In this document: positions 28,257 to 31,385 of the stretch, piece after piece
How the letters are laid out: every line of letters begins with the position of its first letter
Numbering within the stretch: the stretch's first letter is position 1
NCBI GenBank assembly: GCA_903921725.1
Contig: CAIXRA010000062.1
Span: 1-31,385 of the forward strand
Direction: 5' to 3'
From: an uncultured Lentisphaerota bacterium
GTDB taxonomy: Bacteria; Verrucomicrobiota; Lentisphaeria; Oligosphaerales; CAITYL01
DNA length: 31,385 nt
Made by a program: the position numbers and the translations under genes
The notes under the pieces: generated by a model
Databases searched by the model: none
Told to the model about the DNA's origin: nothing
The model's input: the letters and a program-made list of their open reading frames with translations, nothing else

Positions 28257-28784
28257 TCACCCGGCGCGCCGGGAGAGGATCCATTCCGCGGCGGCGGCGA
28301 GATCCGGCGCGCAGCAGTCGGCTCCTTGGCAGGCAGGGCCGATGAAGACCGTGCGGCAGCCGGCGGCGCGGCCGGCCTCGACATCGGCCGGCTTGTCGCC
28401 GACCATGAAGGAGTCCGCCGGTGCGACGCGCAACCGTCCGGTTGCCGCCAGTAGCATCCCGGGTTGCGGCTTGCGGCAGCCGCACTCCGCGCCCGGCGCA
28501 TGCGGGCAGTATTCGACGGCGGCGAACTCCGCGCCGAACGGCTTCAGCAGCTCCCGCAGCCGGGCGTGCTGCGCCTCGACGAGCTCTGCGGTGAAATAGC
28601 CGCGTCCGATGCCGGACTGGTTGGTGACCAGCACCAGCAGGAACCCCGCACGCGCCAGCGCTCCGAGCGCCTCCCCGGCGCCGGGCAGCAGGGCGACGCC
28701 CTCGACGGTCGAGAGGTAGTTCGCGTCCCGGATCACCGTGCCGTCACGGTCGAGGAAAACAGCTTTTTGGAGGTGCGGGGTCAT
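28257..28784 (-). CDS. gmhB: D-glycero-beta-D-manno-heptose-1,7-bisphosphate 7-phosphatase (HAD family)
   Basis: AVFLDRDGTV (HAD motif I), VTNQSG, Zn-binding CPHAPGAECGCRKPQPGM, MVGDKPADVEAG. Start at MTPHLQK (28784). Confidence 0.8.
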   Translation of the reverse strand: MTPHLQKAVFLDRDGTVIRDANYLSTVEGVALLPGAGEALGALARAGFLLVLVTNQSGIGRGYFTAELVEAQHARLRELLKPFGAEFAAVEYCPHAPGAECGCRKPQPGMLLAATGRLRVAPADSFMVGDKPADVEAGRAAGCRTVFIGPACQGADCCAPDLAAAAEWILSRRAG

Positions 28785-28826
28785 CTCATCCTCCGGACGG
28801 AGGTGCATGGCGGAAACGCGGAGGGG

Positions 28827-29591
28827 TCAGGCGCCAAACAGAGCTAGAATCTTGTCGTAATTCGCCTTCCGCAGGACGTATTCGCGGCTGGCCTTGCGGA
28901 GCGCGGCCCGGTCGATTTCGGTGACGGGCGCGCCCTTGTCCAGGAGCATCTTCACGACCGCGACGTTTCCGCGCATGGCGGCCATCGTGAGGGCGCTGTT
29001 TCCCCGGCGGTCGACGGCGGTCACATCCGCCTTGTTTTCCAGCAGTTTTTCCGCGACCTTGGGCAGCCCGCTCCAGGAGGCCCACATCAGCGCCGTCCAT
29101 CCATCGTTGTCCCTGGCGTTGACGTCGGCGCCGGCCTCCATGAGGAGGGCAACGATGGGGGCGCGTTTCTCGTCGGCCTTCTCCAGCAGCGAGGCCTCCG
29201 GCTTCGTGTCGGATCTCCCCGAGGCGATCCCCAAGGCGGCCAGGAAGCGGTCGATCAGGTCCGGCGTCGGCGGATCCATCCGGTAGTTGGTGTAGGCGAG
29301 CCACATCAGCGCCGTCCGCCCGTATTCGTCGCCGCGCGCCGTGCGCTGCTGGCGGTATGCTGCAAGGGAGGCCGGCCGTTTCGACGCAGACAGGCTCTTG
29401 TAGGTTTCCTCGCCCAGCGCCATGTTGACCTTGCCCACGTTTTCCTGGGTCACGGCCGTGATCAGGAGGTCGGCCTCTTTTCCCTTCTTCAAGGGGCCGA
29501 GGGAGAGATCAAACCCGACGACAAATAAAATTGCACTAACTAAAAGGATGCCGCCATCCAGCAGGAGAAGTCCGACGTTGTTCTTTTTCAT
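28827..29591 (-). CDS. Ankyrin-repeat protein with N-terminal signal/anchor
   Basis: MKKNNVGLLLLDGGILLVSAILFVV hydrophobic N-terminus. At least three ankyrin repeats (GRTALMWLAY..., DGWTALMWASWSGLPKVAEKLLENKADV, RGNSALTMAAMRGNVAVVKMLLDKGA). Confidence 0.7.
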   Translation of the reverse strand: MKKNNVGLLLLDGGILLVSAILFVVGFDLSLGPLKKGKEADLLITAVTQENVGKVNMALGEETYKSLSASKRPASLAAYRQQRTARGDEYGRTALMWLAYTNYRMDPPTPDLIDRFLAALGIASGRSDTKPEASLLEKADEKRAPIVALLMEAGADVNARDNDGWTALMWASWSGLPKVAEKLLENKADVTAVDRRGNSALTMAAMRGNVAVVKMLLDKGAPVTEIDRAALRKASREYVLRKANYDKILALFGA

Positions 29592-29604
29592 GGTGTGAAC
29601 TCCC

Positions 29605-31044
29605 TTACGCCTGCTCGGCGGTGGTTTCGGGCGACGGCGGAGCAACGATGGGGAGTGGCGGCGGGGTTGCCTCCTGCTTTTTGTTAAGGAAGTCCCGCAT
29701 GAAGAGGACGGCGATGGGGCTGATGACCGCCGCGGCGAGATAGATCATCCACATGAATTCCGGCGAGTGAAAATAGGAGACATTGCCGGAATCGATTTTG
29801 GCGCGGATGCCGTCATAGGAGAAGGAGGCGATGAACAAGCCGCTGACCAGGCCGTTGATCGGCTTGGAGATGAAGGTCGGCAGCGCGGAAAGGCTCATGT
29901 AGGAAGCGACCTTGTCCTTCGGCGCCATCATCGAGATATACTCGGTGAAGCGAGGGGAGAAGAGAATCTCTCCCAAGGTAAAGACGAGAATCTGCGCGAG
30001 GATAACGAACAGATATGCTTGGTCGAGGTTGTGGATGCCGGGGATGCCCAGGATCCACTGGATGGGGACGGCCATGAAAATCAACGAAGATGCGGAGATG
30101 GCCATGCCGTACAGAACCAGCTTAAAGGTGTCGATTCGTCTCAAGAATGGAATCAACAACAGAAGGCCAATAGCGATAATAAGCGGATTAATGGAGTTGA
30201 CCAAACCCAGCGAAAAATCGCTCGTCAAGACGCGGGTGTAATACTTGGGCATCACCATGAACTGGTGGGTGAAAACCAAGCGCACGCCGATGGTCAGAAC
30301 CAACAAAAGCACCAGCTTGCGGAAGGCGCTCTCCTTCCAGACTTCCATAAAAATAGCGAGAGGGCGTTTGATTTCCGTATCGGGATGCAGTCGTTCCGAC
30401 TCGTCGGCGTATTTGTGCTCATTGATGCAGGCCATGCAAACGAATGAAGCGATGTTCATCCCCATGCCAAAAATCATGATGGCCAGGTTGCCGTTCAATT
30501 CGCCAAACCCGCGGCGGCAACCTTCCGTCACAACGGCACCCGCCAAGAAGGCGCCGATATTCATGATTGTGTAGTAGACACTGAAACCAACGGAGCGGTT
30601 TTCCTTAGTCGTAAAGCGCCGTAACGCCGTGTTCATGACAGGCCCCATGAAGGAGGTGCCAATAGCCATGACTATCATCATGCCTATGATGGTGCCGGAG
30701 AGGGCTTTCCCGTCAAAAATCAGCGGTGCAAAGCCGAACGTCGCGCGCGCCAAGACAAGAAGTGCTATACCAAACAGGAAGGACTTTTTAACACCAATGG
30801 TGTCGCAGACGGCGCCGACGGCGAAGATGATGACGGAGATGGCTAAGCCATAATAACCAACCCATTTGCCGGCACTAACATCGCTGAACCCGCAGTTGTT
30901 CGTTAGGAACAGCGTCAACACGATCATCATCGAGAAATAGGCGAGGCCGTCAAAAAAGACCAAGCCGTTAATCAGCCAGAATTCCTTACTCGCCGTCTTC
31001 AGAATCTTGAAGTCGGAGAAGTAGTTGACGATGGGATTGGACAT
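29605..31044 (-). CDS. MFS-type transporter (12-TM class), compositionally atypical (lower GC)
   Basis: 479 aa with multiple hydrophobic helices. An MFS motif-A-like CDTIGVKKS lies between early helices. GC is visibly ~52-55% against ~68% for the window, with many AAA/TTT codons. Confidence 0.65.
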   Translation of the reverse strand: MSNPIVNYFSDFKILKTASKEFWLINGLVFFDGLAYFSMMIVLTLFLTNNCGFSDVSAGKWVGYYGLAISVIIFAVGAVCDTIGVKKSFLFGIALLVLARATFGFAPLIFDGKALSGTIIGMMIVMAIGTSFMGPVMNTALRRFTTKENRSVGFSVYYTIMNIGAFLAGAVVTEGCRRGFGELNGNLAIMIFGMGMNIASFVCMACINEHKYADESERLHPDTEIKRPLAIFMEVWKESAFRKLVLLLVLTIGVRLVFTHQFMVMPKYYTRVLTSDFSLGLVNSINPLIIAIGLLLLIPFLRRIDTFKLVLYGMAISASSLIFMAVPIQWILGIPGIHNLDQAYLFVILAQILVFTLGEILFSPRFTEYISMMAPKDKVASYMSLSALPTFISKPINGLVSGLFIASFSYDGIRAKIDSGNVSYFHSPEFMWMIYLAAAVISPIAVLFMRDFLNKKQEATPPPLPIVAPPSPETTAEQA

Positions 31045-31186
31045 GCAGGAACCTCCCGTACGCTGAACGTTTGGCTGGCCGGCGCGGGCGCCGCATGGAC
31101 GCCCCCCATCCTCCCACCGCCACGCCGTCGGTGCAAAGCCGGATGAAAAAGTAGTGCCGGAAAGCGAAATTCCCAGCCGCCCCGGG

Positions 31187-31238
31187 AAACACGGAAATGG
31201 TGGCGGATGCCGGCCGGATCAGCCCGATTTCCGTGTTT
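31187..31238. promoter_or_regulatory. Perfect 12-bp inverted repeat AAACACGGAAAT ... ATTTCCGTGTTT (28-nt spacer) in the 5' region of the MFS transporter gene
   Basis: Read directly at 31187-31198 and 31227-31238. Lies ~145-195 nt upstream of the transporter start at 31044. Confidence 0.5.
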
Positions 31239-31385
31239 GGCGGAATATGGCTGGCTGATTGACTCTCGTACACACTGCCGGCAGTAGGTTACCCTGTCAT
31301 TCTGCACGGTGCCAGGTCGCAAGTTTGGAGTGCGGCAATACGTGCATCCGTTTGCCGCTTTTCAACTAAGGCGGAGCCGCTATAA

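Overview
This is a high-GC (~68%) bacterial chromosomal window. The ORF track is dominated by spurious opposite-strand 'shadow' ORFs, so only frames with recognisable protein families or clear signal-peptide/TM/RBS features are called. Much of it is housekeeping from a diderm, LPS-producing organism: serS, a DEAD-box RNA helicase, the lipid-A cluster lpxC / tandem double-hotdog fabZ / lpxA, dapA and dapB (separated by a frameshifted GxxExxY insertion), lysS, asnS, gmhB, and a dcw cluster mraZ-[SIMPL gene]-rsmH-ftsL-ftsI-murE on the minus strand. Accessory content: a 1213-aa secreted GH101-like glycosidase with an F5/8 type C domain; a membrane-anchored protein with a C-terminal NlpC/P60-like (papain-fold) Cys/His motif, preceded by a C16 homopolymer; a convergent small secreted protein; a flotillin/SPFH-like protein with a small membrane partner; an ankyrin-repeat protein; and a low-GC (~53%) MFS transporter at the window end. 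Non-coding structure is prominent: an 8-bp tandem repeat (CACYGTCA) at two loci, and a modular GC-hairpin repeat family in three intergenic places. I found no rRNA, tRNA or CRISPR. The phylum is not determinable from sequence alone (possibly PVC-like, speculative).
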